A stretch of 64,000 nt of DNA from Bacteroidia bacterium (lineage in GTDB: Bacteria > Bacteroidota > Bacteroidia > NS11-12g > UBA9320). The DNA is taken from positions 96,001-160,000 of the forward strand of contig CBDCFW010000006.1 of assembly GCA_965216465.1 (NCBI GenBank), read 5' to 3'. Below are positions 42,038-53,290 of the stretch, piece by piece (within the stretch, counting starts at the first letter, position 1; the number at the start of each line of letters is the position of its first letter). Both the position numbers and the translations under genes were made by a program. The notes below the pieces were generated by a model, which saw only the letters and a program-made list of their open reading frames with translations, was not told where the DNA came from and searched no databases.

Positions 42038-43834
42038 TTGGCTCAATCATCACAAATACCGCCTGTTAAAAAGAAACTAAAAATCCTTCCTGATGCCCCC
42101 GGAGTCTACAAATACTTCGATCAAGACGGGAAAATTCTTTATATAGGAAAGGCCAAGAATCTCAAAAAAAGGGTGAGTTCTTATTTCACTAAGAACCATT
42201 ATGAGAATCGAAAGACCCAACTGCTGGTAAAAAAGATCTGGGATGTAAATGTTACCGTAGTGCCAACTGAAATTGATGCACTGCTACTCGAAAACAGCTT
42301 AATTAAAGAGTTTCAACCGAAATACAACATCAATCTTAAAGATGACAAAAGTTTTCCGTTAATTAAGATCACAAATGAGCGATTCCCGAAGATCTACCCA
42401 ATGCGAAACCCTATTAAGGATGGCAGTGAGTATTTTGGACCCTATGCCAATGTGAGGATAATGAAAATTGTTCTTGACTTATGTAAGAAACTCTATCCTA
42501 CTAGAAATTGCACGTACAATCTATCCGAGAAAAACATAAACGCTAAAAAATTTAAGGTTTGTCTCGAATACCAAATTGGAAATTGCCGAGGTCCGTGCGA
42601 AGGTCTAGAATCAGAAGAGGAGTACTTGGAATCTATTAAGCACATTAAACACATTCTGAGAGGAAACCTGAAACAAGTTAAGGACCATCTTAAAAGCAAG
42701 ATGGAACTTGCATCAAACAATTGGAATTTTGAAGAAGCCAACTTATTTAAAAAAAGGTTAGAAGCACTTGATAAATACCAAAGCAGGAGCACAGTTGTTA
42801 ATCCAAGGATAAGTGATGTTGATGTGATCAATATAGCTGAAAACAAACGGTACGCTTACATTAACTACCTCCGCATCTCTGGAGGTATTATCGTTCAGTC
42901 TAAAAACCTTGAGCTTAAAAAGAAGATGGATGAGACCACTGAAAGATTGCTCGAAATTGCCTATGCAGAGATTGCAGGCATGAACACCAACACAAAAGAA
43001 ATAATAGTACCTCAACTGTTTAACATAAAAGGAGATTTTACAGTTCCGTCTTCTGGAGATAAGAAAAAACTATTGCAACTAAGTTACAAGAATGCATTGC
43101 TTTATATGCAGGAAAAAACCAATCAATACGAAAAACTAGATCCAGATCTAAAGGTAGATCGAATTTTAACGACAATTCAGTCGGACCTGCGACTAAAAGA
43201 CTTACCCGTTCATATGGAGTGTTTTGATAATTCAAACATTCAAGGAGCATTTCCTGTATCTGCGTGCGTTGTTTTTAAAAACGGCAAACCTTCTAAGAAA
43301 GACTATCGTCATTTTAACATAAAGACCGTTGAAGGTCCAGATGATTTTGCCAGCATGTACGAGGTGATAACCAGAAGGTATAGAAGATTGTTACTTGAAG
43401 AAGCTGATCTGCCACAACTTATTATTATTGATGGTGGTAAAGGTCAACTTTCTAGCTCGGTTAAGGCACTTAAAGATCTTGGGATTTACGGAAAAGTGGC
43501 AATTGTAGGAATTGCTAAACGCCTTGAAGAAATATATTACCCTGAAGACAGTTTGCCACTTTACATTGATAAGAAATCAGAGTCTCTTAGAATCATCCAA
43601 CATATGCGTGATGAAGCTCACCGATTCGGAATTACCCACCATCGAAATCGAAGAAGTAAAGGAACAATAGTAAGCTCACTTACTCAAATTAAAGGTATAG
43701 GTGAAGAAACTGCTTCAGAGCTCCTTCGTGTTTTTAAATCTGTAAATAAAATCAAGAAATGTAGCTTTGATGAACTGGCTTCAGTTATTGGACCCGCTAA
43801 AGCTAAACTAATAATTGCCCATTTTGAAAAGTGA
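42038..43834 (+). CDS. uvrC: Excinuclease ABC subunit C
   Basis: GIY-YIG (PGVYKY..ILYIGKAKNL), ECFDNS, IIIDGGKGQ, RDEAHRFGIT, HhH; TAAATTTG 4 nt before the TTG start. Confidence 0.98.
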   Translation: MAQSSQIPPVKKKLKILPDAPGVYKYFDQDGKILYIGKAKNLKKRVSSYFTKNHYENRKTQLLVKKIWDVNVTVVPTEIDALLLENSLIKEFQPKYNINLKDDKSFPLIKITNERFPKIYPMRNPIKDGSEYFGPYANVRIMKIVLDLCKKLYPTRNCTYNLSEKNINAKKFKVCLEYQIGNCRGPCEGLESEEEYLESIKHIKHILRGNLKQVKDHLKSKMELASNNWNFEEANLFKKRLEALDKYQSRSTVVNPRISDVDVINIAENKRYAYINYLRISGGIIVQSKNLELKKKMDETTERLLEIAYAEIAGMNTNTKEIIVPQLFNIKGDFTVPSSGDKKKLLQLSYKNALLYMQEKTNQYEKLDPDLKVDRILTTIQSDLRLKDLPVHMECFDNSNIQGAFPVSACVVFKNGKPSKKDYRHFNIKTVEGPDDFASMYEVITRRYRRLLLEEADLPQLIIIDGGKGQLSSSVKALKDLGIYGKVAIVGIAKRLEEIYYPEDSLPLYIDKKSESLRIIQHMRDEAHRFGITHHRNRRSKGTIVSSLTQIKGIGEETASELLRVFKSVNKIKKCSFDELASVIGPAKAKLIIAHFEK

Positions 43835-45083
43835 GATAACAGAATACATCACCCTGCATGGAGTAGATGCTTTTAAACGTGTATGCTATATGCACACGAA
43901 CAAGTTTGAATACGCTTGTATTCTTGATAGCTGTTCATTAAATACAGGGGTATCAAGTGGCAACTATGAGTTTTTAGCCGCTTTTGGAGCTAAGGAAGTA
44001 GTATCGTCATATAACCAATTTTTAAAGCTTGCAACGGCAAGCCATTGGCTATTTGGAGTTCTTGGCTATGACCTAAAAAATAGTTTTGAATCGCTTTCTA
44101 GTGAAAACCACTCCTTAATTAATCAGCAAGAGGTTTGCTTCTTTATTCCTGAAGCAGTTTTATCCATTGACAAGAAAGGTCAAGTAGAAATTATATTCGG
44201 AAAAGAGATTTTATCTGAGCTATTAAATAACGATTCAGCTACGACAACGAATAGCATGAGTTTTGACCAAGGCTTAGACGAAGCATCTTACCTCAAGAAA
44301 ATTAATGAAATTCATGAGTTAATTCGGGAGGGAGAAGTATACGAGTTAAACTACTGCCAAGCGTTTGAGCATTGCGTTACAGCATTTAATCCGGTTCAGT
44401 TTCATTTGGATTTAATCAAAAAGTCACCTGTTCCTATGGCTAGCTTCCTAAAATTCGAGAACATGTATATGTGCGGGGCAAGCATGGAACGATTTTTGGC
44501 AAAAAATGGCAATCAATTGGTAAGCCAACCCATAAAAGGAACTATTAAAAAGGGCGCTGATTTTACTGAAGATTCTAGGCTCATAGCTCAATTAGAGAAT
44601 TCCGAGAAGGATAGAGCTGAAAACGTAATGATTGTTGATTTAGTGCGAAACGATCTTGCCAAAGTATGTACTTCAGGCAGCATCAAGGTTGATGAGCTGT
44701 TTGGAATTTACAGCTATCTGCAAGTACACCAAATGATTTCTACAGTATCTGGGCAATTGAAGGATGGTCAATCCATTGACGATATCCTTCGAGCAACGTT
44801 TCCAATGGGCAGTATGACGGGAGCACCTAAAATATCAGCTATGCAACATATTGATAGGCTGGAAGATTTTAAGAGAGGATGGTACTCTGGTGCAGCTGGA
44901 TATATCAGCCCGAAATTCAACTTCGACTTCAATGTAGTAATACGCAGTCTGTTCTTCGATTCTGACACCAATAAGATTGTTTATTGTGCTGGAGGTGCAA
45001 TTACTATTGATTCTGACCCGCATAACGAATGGGACGAGTTGCAATTAAAAACCAAGGCTATAACCGATGTTTTAAGAGCTTAA
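43815..45083 (+). CDS. pabB: Aminodeoxychorismate/anthranilate synthase component I family
   Basis: [38 protein letters not shown]; PIKGT favours PabB. Confidence 0.85.
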   Translation: MPILKSEITEYITLHGVDAFKRVCYMHTNKFEYACILDSCSLNTGVSSGNYEFLAAFGAKEVVSSYNQFLKLATASHWLFGVLGYDLKNSFESLSSENHSLINQQEVCFFIPEAVLSIDKKGQVEIIFGKEILSELLNNDSATTTNSMSFDQGLDEASYLKKINEIHELIREGEVYELNYCQAFEHCVTAFNPVQFHLDLIKKSPVPMASFLKFENMYMCGASMERFLAKNGNQLVSQPIKGTIKKGADFTEDSRLIAQLENSEKDRAENVMIVDLVRNDLAKVCTSGSIKVDELFGIYSYLQVHQMISTVSGQLKDGQSIDDILRATFPMGSMTGAPKISAMQHIDRLEDFKRGWYSGAAGYISPKFNFDFNVVIRSLFFDSDTNKIVYCAGGAITIDSDPHNEWDELQLKTKAITDVLRA

Positions 45084-47708
45084 GACTGGGTTCAATTTCT
45101 GACTATACTCTTTGAGGATTTCCTGTAAGGCCTCAGCTTTGAACGGTTTACTTAAAAAGCCATCCATACCGTAATTGAGGTACTCTTGTTTATTCCCTTC
45201 ATTGGCATCCGCCGTTAATGCAATTATTACAGGACGTTTCTCACCATACTTCTCAATAATGCGTTGTGTAGCTGCTATACCGTCCATTTCTGGCATTTGA
45301 ATATCCATCAAAATTAAGTCAACATCATTATGCTCTAAACGTTTTAGAACTTCGATTCCATTTTCTGCATGTAAGGCATCTTTATATCCAAATTTCTCAA
45401 AGAGCTTATCAATAAATAGTTTGTTGAATGGATTGTCTTCGGCCACCAATATCTTAAGTGGATATTTCTCGCTAAACTTACCATCGGCTATTGCTTGTTT
45501 CTTCTCAGCTTCAATATTTACCGGAACCTTTCGTGCCAAACCTTTTGGAATTTCGACATTTAAAGTAAAGTAGAAAGTGGTACCTACATTCTTCTCTGAG
45601 GTTAACCCAATTTCTCCACCCATGAGCTCAACCAATTTTTTAGAAATGCTCAGGCCTAATCCAATACCACCATACTTTCGAGATGTCGAGGTATCTTCTT
45701 GCTCAAAAGATTCGAATATTTTCTTTTGCTTTTCGTCCGAAATCCCAATTCCATCATCCTTAACTGAAAATCTAAGCTTTGCTATTCGAGCGTCTTCAGT
45801 TTGGGCTCGAAGTAATTCATCGAGCTCAACAATAATTTTTACATATCCATTTTCAGTAAACTTCACAGCATTACTGATAAGGTTTATCAACACCTGACGG
45901 ATTCTAAGTACATCACCCCTGAACTGAGTAATCATAGCATTGCCGATGAACTTACTGAGTTCGATGTTTTTATCTTTTGCTTGCTTAGAGAAGATAATCA
46001 TGACTTCATCGAGCAATCTTTCGAGGTCAATTAAAGATGACTCAATGTTCATTTTTCCAGCCTCGATTTTAGAGAAATCTAAGATATCGTTAAGAATAGT
46101 CAGGAGGTTCTCACTGCTAGTTTGAATCGTTTCAACATATTTTTTCTGTTCTTCATCAAGCGGTGATTCTAGCAGCAAACTGGCCATACCCATAATTCCA
46201 TTCATAGGCGTACGAATTTCATGGCTAGTAACCGCCAAGAAATTTGATTTGGCAATTGATCCAGCTTCTGCTTGTTGACGGGCATCTTCAAGAACCGTAT
46301 TCATTTTACGCAGCTCTTGGTTCTGCATATTGATTAAACGGTTTCGTTGTTCAAGTTTGGCATTACTTGATTGCTTAATTCTTACCTGGCGATAAAGAAC
46401 AATTAAAATCACCGATAAGAATATCAATGCAGAAATAATGGAATATTTTATTACATCTGAAGTACGCTGTTCTTGGTACAAAATCTCGTTCTGAGCATCT
46501 TCTTGTATGGTTTTAGTCTCATTAGCTACTTGATTTGATTTTGCTTTTAATTGCTCGAATTGCTCAAAAGCTCCAACCATACCATGCCTAGCCTTGAATG
46601 CATCATAATCTTCATTAACTTCAAAAGCCTTTTTAAAGTCGTTTAAATTGTAATATGCCTTTATTTGAAGGTCGTATGCATTTGCAATATGCTCCTTACT
46701 TAAATAGGGTAAATTTCCAGCTAATATCAAACTTGTTTGCTCAATAGTTTTATCTGCATTGTTTTGCGACAAATCCAACTTGGTTTTGCGATAAGCAAGT
46801 TCATTAGTAAGGGTATTTATTTGTTTGTCGTTAAGTATAGACTCAGCTTTTGACAAATGACTTAGTGCTTGTTGTGCATCAAATAAATTTGTACTGATAT
46901 CACTCATCATCAAATATGCTTGAGCCATGCCAAAATCACTCTTGGTTTCGTTGGCTTTGTTATAAGCCTTATTTGCATAGATGTTCGCGTAGTTGGTATT
47001 GTCTTGACTTAAATAATTTCGAGAAAGCAATGCGTAAATGCGCGCACTTTTAAATAAATTTTCTTCTTTCTTATTGAGAAGAAGTGCATTCTGAAGATAG
47101 GATTTCGCACTAGTATTCTTACCTATACGCGTTAAGGCCTCTGCGATCTCGATATTAACATCAATCAACCCATCATTATCATTTTCAGATTCCTTTAACT
47201 CTTTGCACCGGAACAAACTTGAGAATGCCTTGGTGTACTTTCCCTCGTGCAGTTGAGACTTAGCTTGAAGCAATACAATTTCAGATTCAAGGCCCTTGTC
47301 ACCAAGTTCTCTTGCACAAAAAAGAAGCTCTTTGAAGCTCGACACAGTAGATACCTCCCCTTTCAAGGTACTGCAATAACTCAGATAAGCTTTACTTAGG
47401 GTATGCACTTTTGAGCAACGGCTATCGCCTCCATATTCAAGGGAAGTTCCGAAGTACGATAAGGCTTCTTCAATTCTACCTTCTTGAATCAGTATGTATC
47501 CAATATTGAAATTAGCTATTGCTTTATCCTCAGACGAAGAAGCATTTAGCAACTCGTTCTTTTGCTGTACCATCAGACCATCAACATCTCCTGACAGCTG
47601 CATTGAAGAAATTAACTCAACAGCAGAAACATTGAGAATGGATATAAAACTTAGGAATAGAATACCTAACTTTTTTCCAACTATGTGCGAAAGTTTAGGT
47701 GTATGCAT
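45072..47708 (-). CDS. TPR-sensor hybrid histidine kinase/response regulator
   Basis: N-terminal hydrophobic segment, TPR-like region, [24 protein letters not shown]1/F/G2 boxes, REC domain ([12 protein letters not shown]); TAACTTTG at 47748-47755 on the minus strand. Confidence 0.95.
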   Translation of the reverse strand: MHTPKLSHIVGKKLGILFLSFISILNVSAVELISSMQLSGDVDGLMVQQKNELLNASSSEDKAIANFNIGYILIQEGRIEEALSYFGTSLEYGGDSRCSKVHTLSKAYLSYCSTLKGEVSTVSSFKELLFCARELGDKGLESEIVLLQAKSQLHEGKYTKAFSSLFRCKELKESENDNDGLIDVNIEIAEALTRIGKNTSAKSYLQNALLLNKKEENLFKSARIYALLSRNYLSQDNTNYANIYANKAYNKANETKSDFGMAQAYLMMSDISTNLFDAQQALSHLSKAESILNDKQINTLTNELAYRKTKLDLSQNNADKTIEQTSLILAGNLPYLSKEHIANAYDLQIKAYYNLNDFKKAFEVNEDYDAFKARHGMVGAFEQFEQLKAKSNQVANETKTIQEDAQNEILYQEQRTSDVIKYSIISALIFLSVILIVLYRQVRIKQSSNAKLEQRNRLINMQNQELRKMNTVLEDARQQAEAGSIAKSNFLAVTSHEIRTPMNGIMGMASLLLESPLDEEQKKYVETIQTSSENLLTILNDILDFSKIEAGKMNIESSLIDLERLLDEVMIIFSKQAKDKNIELSKFIGNAMITQFRGDVLRIRQVLINLISNAVKFTENGYVKIIVELDELLRAQTEDARIAKLRFSVKDDGIGISDEKQKKIFESFEQEDTSTSRKYGGIGLGLSISKKLVELMGGEIGLTSEKNVGTTFYFTLNVEIPKGLARKVPVNIEAEKKQAIADGKFSEKYPLKILVAEDNPFNKLFIDKLFEKFGYKDALHAENGIEVLKRLEHNDVDLILMDIQMPEMDGIAATQRIIEKYGEKRPVIIALTADANEGNKQEYLNYGMDGFLSKPFKAEALQEILKEYSQKLNPVLSS

Positions 47709-48083
47709 AGTGTAGTAGTATGTATACTTTTCAATGGTTAATATTAACAAAGTTACTGAATTTTATGCAAAAAAGCGTTTGTACAAGGGTACAGATACCA
47801 ACGATGACAGAAACCTGTTATAAATTTTAAACACTTCCAAAAAACTCTGACCCCAAATTTTAGATATGAAAAGAACGCAAATAAGATTTCATTTTGGGAA
47901 AATGTGTGATACTTGAGTATAAAATTTAACAAAAAGGTGATATTTTTTATAAATTTTTTCTACGATGTCAACTTATTGATTATGAGCGTCTTAAGTCTTA
48001 GTGTCAGATTTACACATCCCCACTGTGGGGTACAAAAAACGGCCTTCACTTGTGTAATATTTCCATATTTGAGAATTATTACT

Positions 48084-48091
48084 TAACTTTG
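48084..48091 (+). promoter_or_regulatory. -7 promoter element TAACTTTG with no downstream sense gene
   Basis: Perfect TAnnTTTG pointing at the terminator at 48200-48230. Confidence 0.6.
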
Positions 48092-48095
48092 TGAT

Positions 48096-48230
48096 ATCAT
48101 TACGTTCTATTTATAAATTAATAAGGTTAGTTAAATACTAAACATTGCTATACTACTTAATTGATGATACACGATATTATCACCTATAGCGGTGTTACGA
48201 AAGGCCAACGTTTACACGTTGGCCTTTTTT
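48096..48230 (+). ncRNA. Candidate sRNA 1 (~135 nt)
   Basis: Bounded by a promoter and a strong terminator, no credible ORF, contains GGTTAGTTAA. Confidence 0.55.
48200..48230 (+). terminator. Intrinsic terminator
   Basis: AAAGGCCAACGT-ttac-ACGTTGGCCTTT-TTT: 12-bp perfect stem with T6 on the plus strand; overlaps the last codons of cobB. Confidence 0.85.
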
Positions 48231-48916
48231 CTTATTCTATTTTTTACTTCAACCATTCCTTCACCCGCTTTTTCTCGAATAAAATCCACCTTCCTATCGA
48301 TACGAATCTTGTGCTTTAAGTCTTGAGGGTCTACAACCAAAATTTCACATTTTGATGGGGCAAAGTTCACTAAGCCTGCAGCAGGATAAACTTCTAGCGA
48401 TGTTCCTATTACCAATAACAAATCTGCTTGTTCAACGGTGGCAATCGCTTCTTCCATTTTCGGAACATCCTCCCCAAACCAAACAATAAATGGTCGAAGT
48501 TGAGAACCGTCTTTACTTTTATGTCCTAGTTCAATATCATTAAATCCAATGTCAATCACCTCCCCCTTTGTGGCAGAGCTGCAAGCTTTTGTTATTTCAC
48601 CGTGAAGATGAATTATTGAAGTACTCCCTGCTTGTTCATGAAGATTATCAATGTTCTGTGTAACTATTTTAACATCACACCACTTTTCAAGTTCAGCTAT
48701 GATTAGATGAGCTTGATTGGGTTTGGAGTCACTTACATTTCTTCGACGCTGGTTGTAAAAGTCTAGCACCAAAGCTTGGTTTTTGTACCAAGCTTGAGGT
48801 GTGGCGACGTCTTCGATGTTATATCCTTCCCACAATCCACCTGAATCTCTGAAGGTTGCCAACCCGCTTTCAGCACTAATTCCAGCACCAGACAACACTA
48901 CTAAGTTTAATTTCAT
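48212..48916 (-). CDS. cobB: NAD-dependent protein deacylase (Sir2/CobB)
   Basis: GAGISAESG.TFRD, TQNID.LHE.AG, HLHGE, LRP.IVWFGE, GTSL.VYPAA. Confidence 0.95.
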   Translation of the reverse strand: MKLNLVVLSGAGISAESGLATFRDSGGLWEGYNIEDVATPQAWYKNQALVLDFYNQRRRNVSDSKPNQAHLIIAELEKWCDVKIVTQNIDNLHEQAGSTSIIHLHGEITKACSSATKGEVIDIGFNDIELGHKSKDGSQLRPFIVWFGEDVPKMEEAIATVEQADLLLVIGTSLEVYPAAGLVNFAPSKCEILVVDPQDLKHKIRIDRKVDFIREKAGEGMVEVKNRIRKKANV

Positions 48917-48939
48917 AATACCGTTTTATTTAAATTCCT

Positions 48940-50304
48940 TTGCAGCCATTTTTTCAGACCATTACTTCTTCAATCAAAGATATCTTAAAAATTAGTTGGC
49001 CGATAATCATTGGCCAATTGGGCATGGTATTGACCGGGTTTTTTGACAATTTGATGGTTGCCAAAGTCGGACACGAAGAGCTTGCAGCAGCTGGGATTAG
49101 CAACAGTATCTACTTCTTGATTACGATATTTCCAATGGGGGTTACGATATCATTTGCTACCATTGTTGGACTAATACAGGGAAAAAAGCGAATAAATTCA
49201 GCTCACCTCATGGTTCGCGACAGCTTCAAAATGACCCTTTTGCTGAGTATAATTACTTCTATTGTGTTGTATGCAGCTGTACTGTACTTTGAACTCTTCA
49301 ATCAGGTTGACGAAGTAGAAAAACTTGCAAAACCTTACTTAACCCTATTGATGTGGTCTTTGGGGCCAATGCTGCTGTTTTTCTTCGCTAAGAATATTTG
49401 CGATGGTTTTTCATACACCGGCGGTGGGATGATAATAACACTAACTGCACTTGCCTTAAATGTTCTGCTCAACTGGATTTTTATTTACGGCCATTGGGGA
49501 TCAGAAGCTTACGGCTTAAATGGAGCAGGATATGCAACGGTTATCTCCAGAATCTATATGGCCATTGCAATGATTCTCGTATTGCTTCAATCAAAAAGAA
49601 CTCCTATTGACATAAAGCTAGTTCTTCAATCCTTTTCTAAGTACAAATACTTCACTTTTTATAAGCAGATTAGAAAACTCGGGTTCCCTACAGGATTACA
49701 GTATTTCTTTGAAATTGCTGCCTTTGCATTCGCTGCTATTATGGCCGGATGGCTAGGATCGCGTGAACTTGCTGCTCATCAGCTGGCCATCAGTTTAGCT
49801 GCTTTAACATATATGTTTGCAAGTGGTATTGCTGCTGGATGTAATATTTCTGTTGCTAAAGCGATGGGGGAAGAAGCAGTCAATAAGGCCCGTGAATTAG
49901 GAAAAGCTGGTCATCTAATTGGATTGATATCTATGGCTCTTTTTGCGGTAATGTTTTCGCTGTTTAACTACGAGTTATCAGCCATGTTTTCTGATGATAA
50001 AATTGTTGTAGAACTCGGTGCTCAATTGTTAATTTTAGCCGCAATTTTTCAGCTTGGTGACGGACTACAAGCTGTTTCTGTTGGACTGTTACGAGGAATT
50101 GAAGATGTAAACAAACCTAGCATTCTCACCTTTGTGGTGTATTGGATATTTGCCATTCCAATTGGTTACTACTTATCGCAAGTCTATGATCCAACATCAA
50201 TAATATCTGGGGTAAATGGCATTTGGATAGGCCTTGCTAGCGGACTAACCTTATCAGCAATTGTACTGACATATCGTTTTTATGCGTTAATTCGCATGAA
50301 ATGA
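48940..50304 (+). CDS. MATE family efflux transporter
   Basis: DNLMVAKVG..ELAAA, LNGAGYAT, LAAHQLA, FQLGDGLQ, GIWIG; about 12 TM helices. Confidence 0.95.
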   Translation: MQPFFQTITSSIKDILKISWPIIIGQLGMVLTGFFDNLMVAKVGHEELAAAGISNSIYFLITIFPMGVTISFATIVGLIQGKKRINSAHLMVRDSFKMTLLLSIITSIVLYAAVLYFELFNQVDEVEKLAKPYLTLLMWSLGPMLLFFFAKNICDGFSYTGGGMIITLTALALNVLLNWIFIYGHWGSEAYGLNGAGYATVISRIYMAIAMILVLLQSKRTPIDIKLVLQSFSKYKYFTFYKQIRKLGFPTGLQYFFEIAAFAFAAIMAGWLGSRELAAHQLAISLAALTYMFASGIAAGCNISVAKAMGEEAVNKARELGKAGHLIGLISMALFAVMFSLFNYELSAMFSDDKIVVELGAQLLILAAIFQLGDGLQAVSVGLLRGIEDVNKPSILTFVVYWIFAIPIGYYLSQVYDPTSIISGVNGIWIGLASGLTLSAIVLTYRFYALIRMK

Positions 50305-51032
50305 AAATTTACTACACACTATTTCTGCTATTTGTTGTCAACCTAAGCTTTGGTCAAACCTCTATTGGGATTCTCGCTGAACCCCAATTTCAAATTACTC
50401 AAATTTCAGATGATAACAGCAGTGCTTTTGACTCCCTGCAAAGTATGAAGGAGATTGACAGAGTGCTAGGATTGCAGCTTGAGTTCCGGAACCAAATAGA
50501 TAGATATCAAGCAATTTCATTCATTCCTGGTTTCCAGCAAGCAAATTATCATCATGTGATTGATGACATTCAATTTCTAGACATCATTCATGACCAAATG
50601 CCAGAAATACGAGACTTGAGTCAAGCCTCAACAAAAACAGCTTACATGCACTATCGATTTAAATACATTTCGGCAAGAGTTATGTACTACAATAAATTGA
50701 AAGGAATGTACATTAACAATGGATTTAACTTTGAGCTAGGAGCAGGACTAAGCTATGCTTACCTCTTTGATCACGACTTAAAAATTCGAACAGAAGGTTT
50801 TGCAATTAAAGACCAATTTGTGCACTACATCACCGACAGTACTGGTTTTGAAGGACGAACTCATCAAGCTAATCTTGTCTTTAATTTCAACATGAATTAC
50901 GAGTTTGTTCCAACGGCTTATTTGGTAGCCGGAGTAATGCTTAATGTTCCTGTGTTGACTACAACCACAAATGATCCGCGATTAAAAATCTATGGATCTG
51001 GTCTTCAATTTGGAATTCGAAAAGAGTTATAA
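50301..51032 (+). CDS. Outer-membrane beta-barrel hypothetical protein
   Basis: Signal peptide, amphipathic strands, C-terminal GLQFGIRKEL; ATGA overlap with MATE. Confidence 0.6.
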   Translation: MKIYYTLFLLFVVNLSFGQTSIGILAEPQFQITQISDDNSSAFDSLQSMKEIDRVLGLQLEFRNQIDRYQAISFIPGFQQANYHHVIDDIQFLDIIHDQMPEIRDLSQASTKTAYMHYRFKYISARVMYYNKLKGMYINNGFNFELGAGLSYAYLFDHDLKIRTEGFAIKDQFVHYITDSTGFEGRTHQANLVFNFNMNYEFVPTAYLVAGVMLNVPVLTTTTNDPRLKIYGSGLQFGIRKEL

Positions 51033-53183
51033 CTAGCGCAGTAGATAGAGTTCACCCTTTGCTAACTTAGGAACTTCCGTTCCATTTTCTGGGAAGTAAT
51101 ACCAGATTAAATAGAAGTAGTGCCCTTGAGGTGCTGGCTCACCTTGATAGTTTCCATCCCATCCCAGGTTCGTTCCTTCTTCATCGTACATCATTTCACC
51201 CCAGCGATTATAAATCTGCATCTTTCTTAAAACTACAGTTCCGTTTGGTCTAAATATTGGATTAAAAGGATCAGAGTTAGGCGAGAAAGCATTTGGGATA
51301 AAAATATCGCATGCATACGGTAAAAACACGAGGTCTACTTCATCCGACGCAGTTCCACATTTGTTGGTAACAGTAGCCTGATAATAACCTGTTTTTGTAA
51401 TAGTTCGGGTGCTGCCTACATAGCCATCGGACCAAGTGTACGTTGCTTCATCTGTTGTCAGATCAATTACACGAGATCCATCCCCACAAAGTGTAGAATC
51501 ATTTCCCAGCGAAATCGAAGGAGGTCTTATTGTACCAACATTGAACGAATCTCTATATACACAGCCATTTAAGTTTTTCTCGGCCCAGACAATTCCACCA
51601 CTTGAAACGGTAGCAAAAGAGTCGTTTGAACCTGTGCTCCATCGTACAGTAGCATTTCCTTTATCCACTCTTAGATCATATTGCGAACCAACACATATGG
51701 TAGTATCATTTTGTAAGCTAAACACAGGAAGCGGGTTAACATTTGTGGTCTGAGTGAATGTATCTTTACAATCTCCAACCTGAACAATATAGCTAACAGA
51801 ATTTAGCCCTAACTGAATTGGATTAAACTCATTCGTAGCGTTGTCTACATTATCTCCTTCAAAATTCCCTCCAGGAAGATTAGGGAATAAGGTAACTTTT
51901 GCATCTCCTTCGCAATACTCGGGGTCTAAACCTCCAAAAAAGTTGTTGGGTTGTGCAATTACTTCAACAGAATCGATGTATTCATCATAGCATCCTGCAG
52001 TATCTAATACGGTAAGCTTAACTTCGTACTGTCCAGGATTAGCGTAGCTATGATTTACATATCTTCCGACATCACCGTTTCCATCTCCAAAAGTCCATGT
52101 ATTTGTTGCCGAGGCATCAGGATGATAGTGGTTAAAGAAAAATCGGTTTCCGTTTTGACACATCGAAGTATCGCTAAACACGATTTGTGAAGAATCAATT
52201 GGAGAAGGCTTCACTGTTACAATCATTTCCATAGAATCTACACAGAACTCAACTCCTGCATTTTTAGTTGAAAAGGCATGAAGAACAACCCGGTACACGC
52301 CCGGTTCGGTATATACAATCCGTGCATTCCCATTATTGTTGGTTCGACCATCGCCTTGATCCCACAACAATGTGGTAAATCCAGATATTCCTGGAACGGT
52401 GGTTAGATTCTTAAATGCAAAGCGGTTAGTTGAACCGTCTGCGTTATTAAAACACTGAACTTGACTATTATTGGGAGAGTCTACATGCAGCACAAAATTT
52501 ACATTAGGCAAAGGTGCAACTGTATCTTCTGCTGAAAATGTAGCTTCACACCCAGTTGTAGAGACGGTTAACTCAACCGTATATAAGCCATATGTGCTAT
52601 AAGTAACCGATGGGCTTTGAGCTGATGAAGTTTGTCCATCTCCAAAATCCCAGCTGTAGTTGATTGTCTCTGTACCTGACTGAGAAGCACTAGGAGTAAA
52701 TGTAAATTGGTTTACATTTTCACACTGATACTCATCATTTATTGTAAAAGTAGTACTGATCCAACCCGTTGTTACTGAAGCTTCAGGGTATGCAGAAGTT
52801 AAATAATGCAAATTAGCCCCCATGTTGCTTCGATTGTATTCAAAAACAGCAAAGTGATAAGTTGTATTGTGCTTTAAATTAGTAACAGTAACCGAGTTTC
52901 CAATGCCATTATATACGACATATTCTGAAGTAGAAAACGAATATCCATTCGAGAATGTATCATTAGCAAGATAGTAAACATTATCAGATGGAGAATTCGA
53001 AACAGAAGACCCCTCAGATGCAATAACGATACGTTCAGCCCCATCACCAGCAGTCCACGACAAAGTCACCTCACTGCAATAAGTATTGGTGAAGCTCATA
53101 TTGGTGCTAGCAGTAGTCGGAGTTTGCCCGAATGAATAAATCATTCCGAACACCAAAAGCAGTCCATAGATGTATCGTGTCAT
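51033..53183 (-). CDS. PKD-domain surface protein with T9SS type-B (gliding motility-associated) C-terminal domain
   Basis: Signal peptide from MTRYIYG, Fn3-like N-domain, WDFGDG/WTFGDG PKD repeats, FIPNAFSPN..IYNRWGE..WDG CTD; TACCTTTG at 53193-53200 on the minus strand. Confidence 0.92.
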   Translation of the reverse strand: MTRYIYGLLLVFGMIYSFGQTPTTASTNMSFTNTYCSEVTLSWTAGDGAERIVIASEGSSVSNSPSDNVYYLANDTFSNGYSFSTSEYVVYNGIGNSVTVTNLKHNTTYHFAVFEYNRSNMGANLHYLTSAYPEASVTTGWISTTFTINDEYQCENVNQFTFTPSASQSGTETINYSWDFGDGQTSSAQSPSVTYSTYGLYTVELTVSTTGCEATFSAEDTVAPLPNVNFVLHVDSPNNSQVQCFNNADGSTNRFAFKNLTTVPGISGFTTLLWDQGDGRTNNNGNARIVYTEPGVYRVVLHAFSTKNAGVEFCVDSMEMIVTVKPSPIDSSQIVFSDTSMCQNGNRFFFNHYHPDASATNTWTFGDGNGDVGRYVNHSYANPGQYEVKLTVLDTAGCYDEYIDSVEVIAQPNNFFGGLDPEYCEGDAKVTLFPNLPGGNFEGDNVDNATNEFNPIQLGLNSVSYIVQVGDCKDTFTQTTNVNPLPVFSLQNDTTICVGSQYDLRVDKGNATVRWSTGSNDSFATVSSGGIVWAEKNLNGCVYRDSFNVGTIRPPSISLGNDSTLCGDGSRVIDLTTDEATYTWSDGYVGSTRTITKTGYYQATVTNKCGTASDEVDLVFLPYACDIFIPNAFSPNSDPFNPIFRPNGTVVLRKMQIYNRWGEMMYDEEGTNLGWDGNYQGEPAPQGHYFYLIWYYFPENGTEVPKLAKGELYLLR

Positions 53184-53258
53184 CAAGTCGTGCAAAGGTA
53201 CTATCAATATGCGTTAACGCCATATTTGTAATGTCAGATTTAAAAAAAATAACCCGTA

Positions 53259-53290
53259 TTGGGTAGAATAATCAGAAAAGTATATATTTG
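53259..53290 (+). promoter_or_regulatory. Sigma-A promoter (-33 TTG, 21-nt spacer, -7 TATATTTG)
   Basis: TTG at 53259-53261 and TATATTTG at 53283-53290. Confidence 0.7.

Noticed and set aside
47817-47960. Imperfect TATAAATTTT-like repeats upstream of the kinase
   Set aside because: Not distinguishable by eye from chance in very AT-rich DNA.
48164-48319. Plus-strand 51-codon ORF as an explanation for the 48084 promoter
   Set aside because: It runs through the terminator and antisense into cobB, so it could not be fully transcribed.
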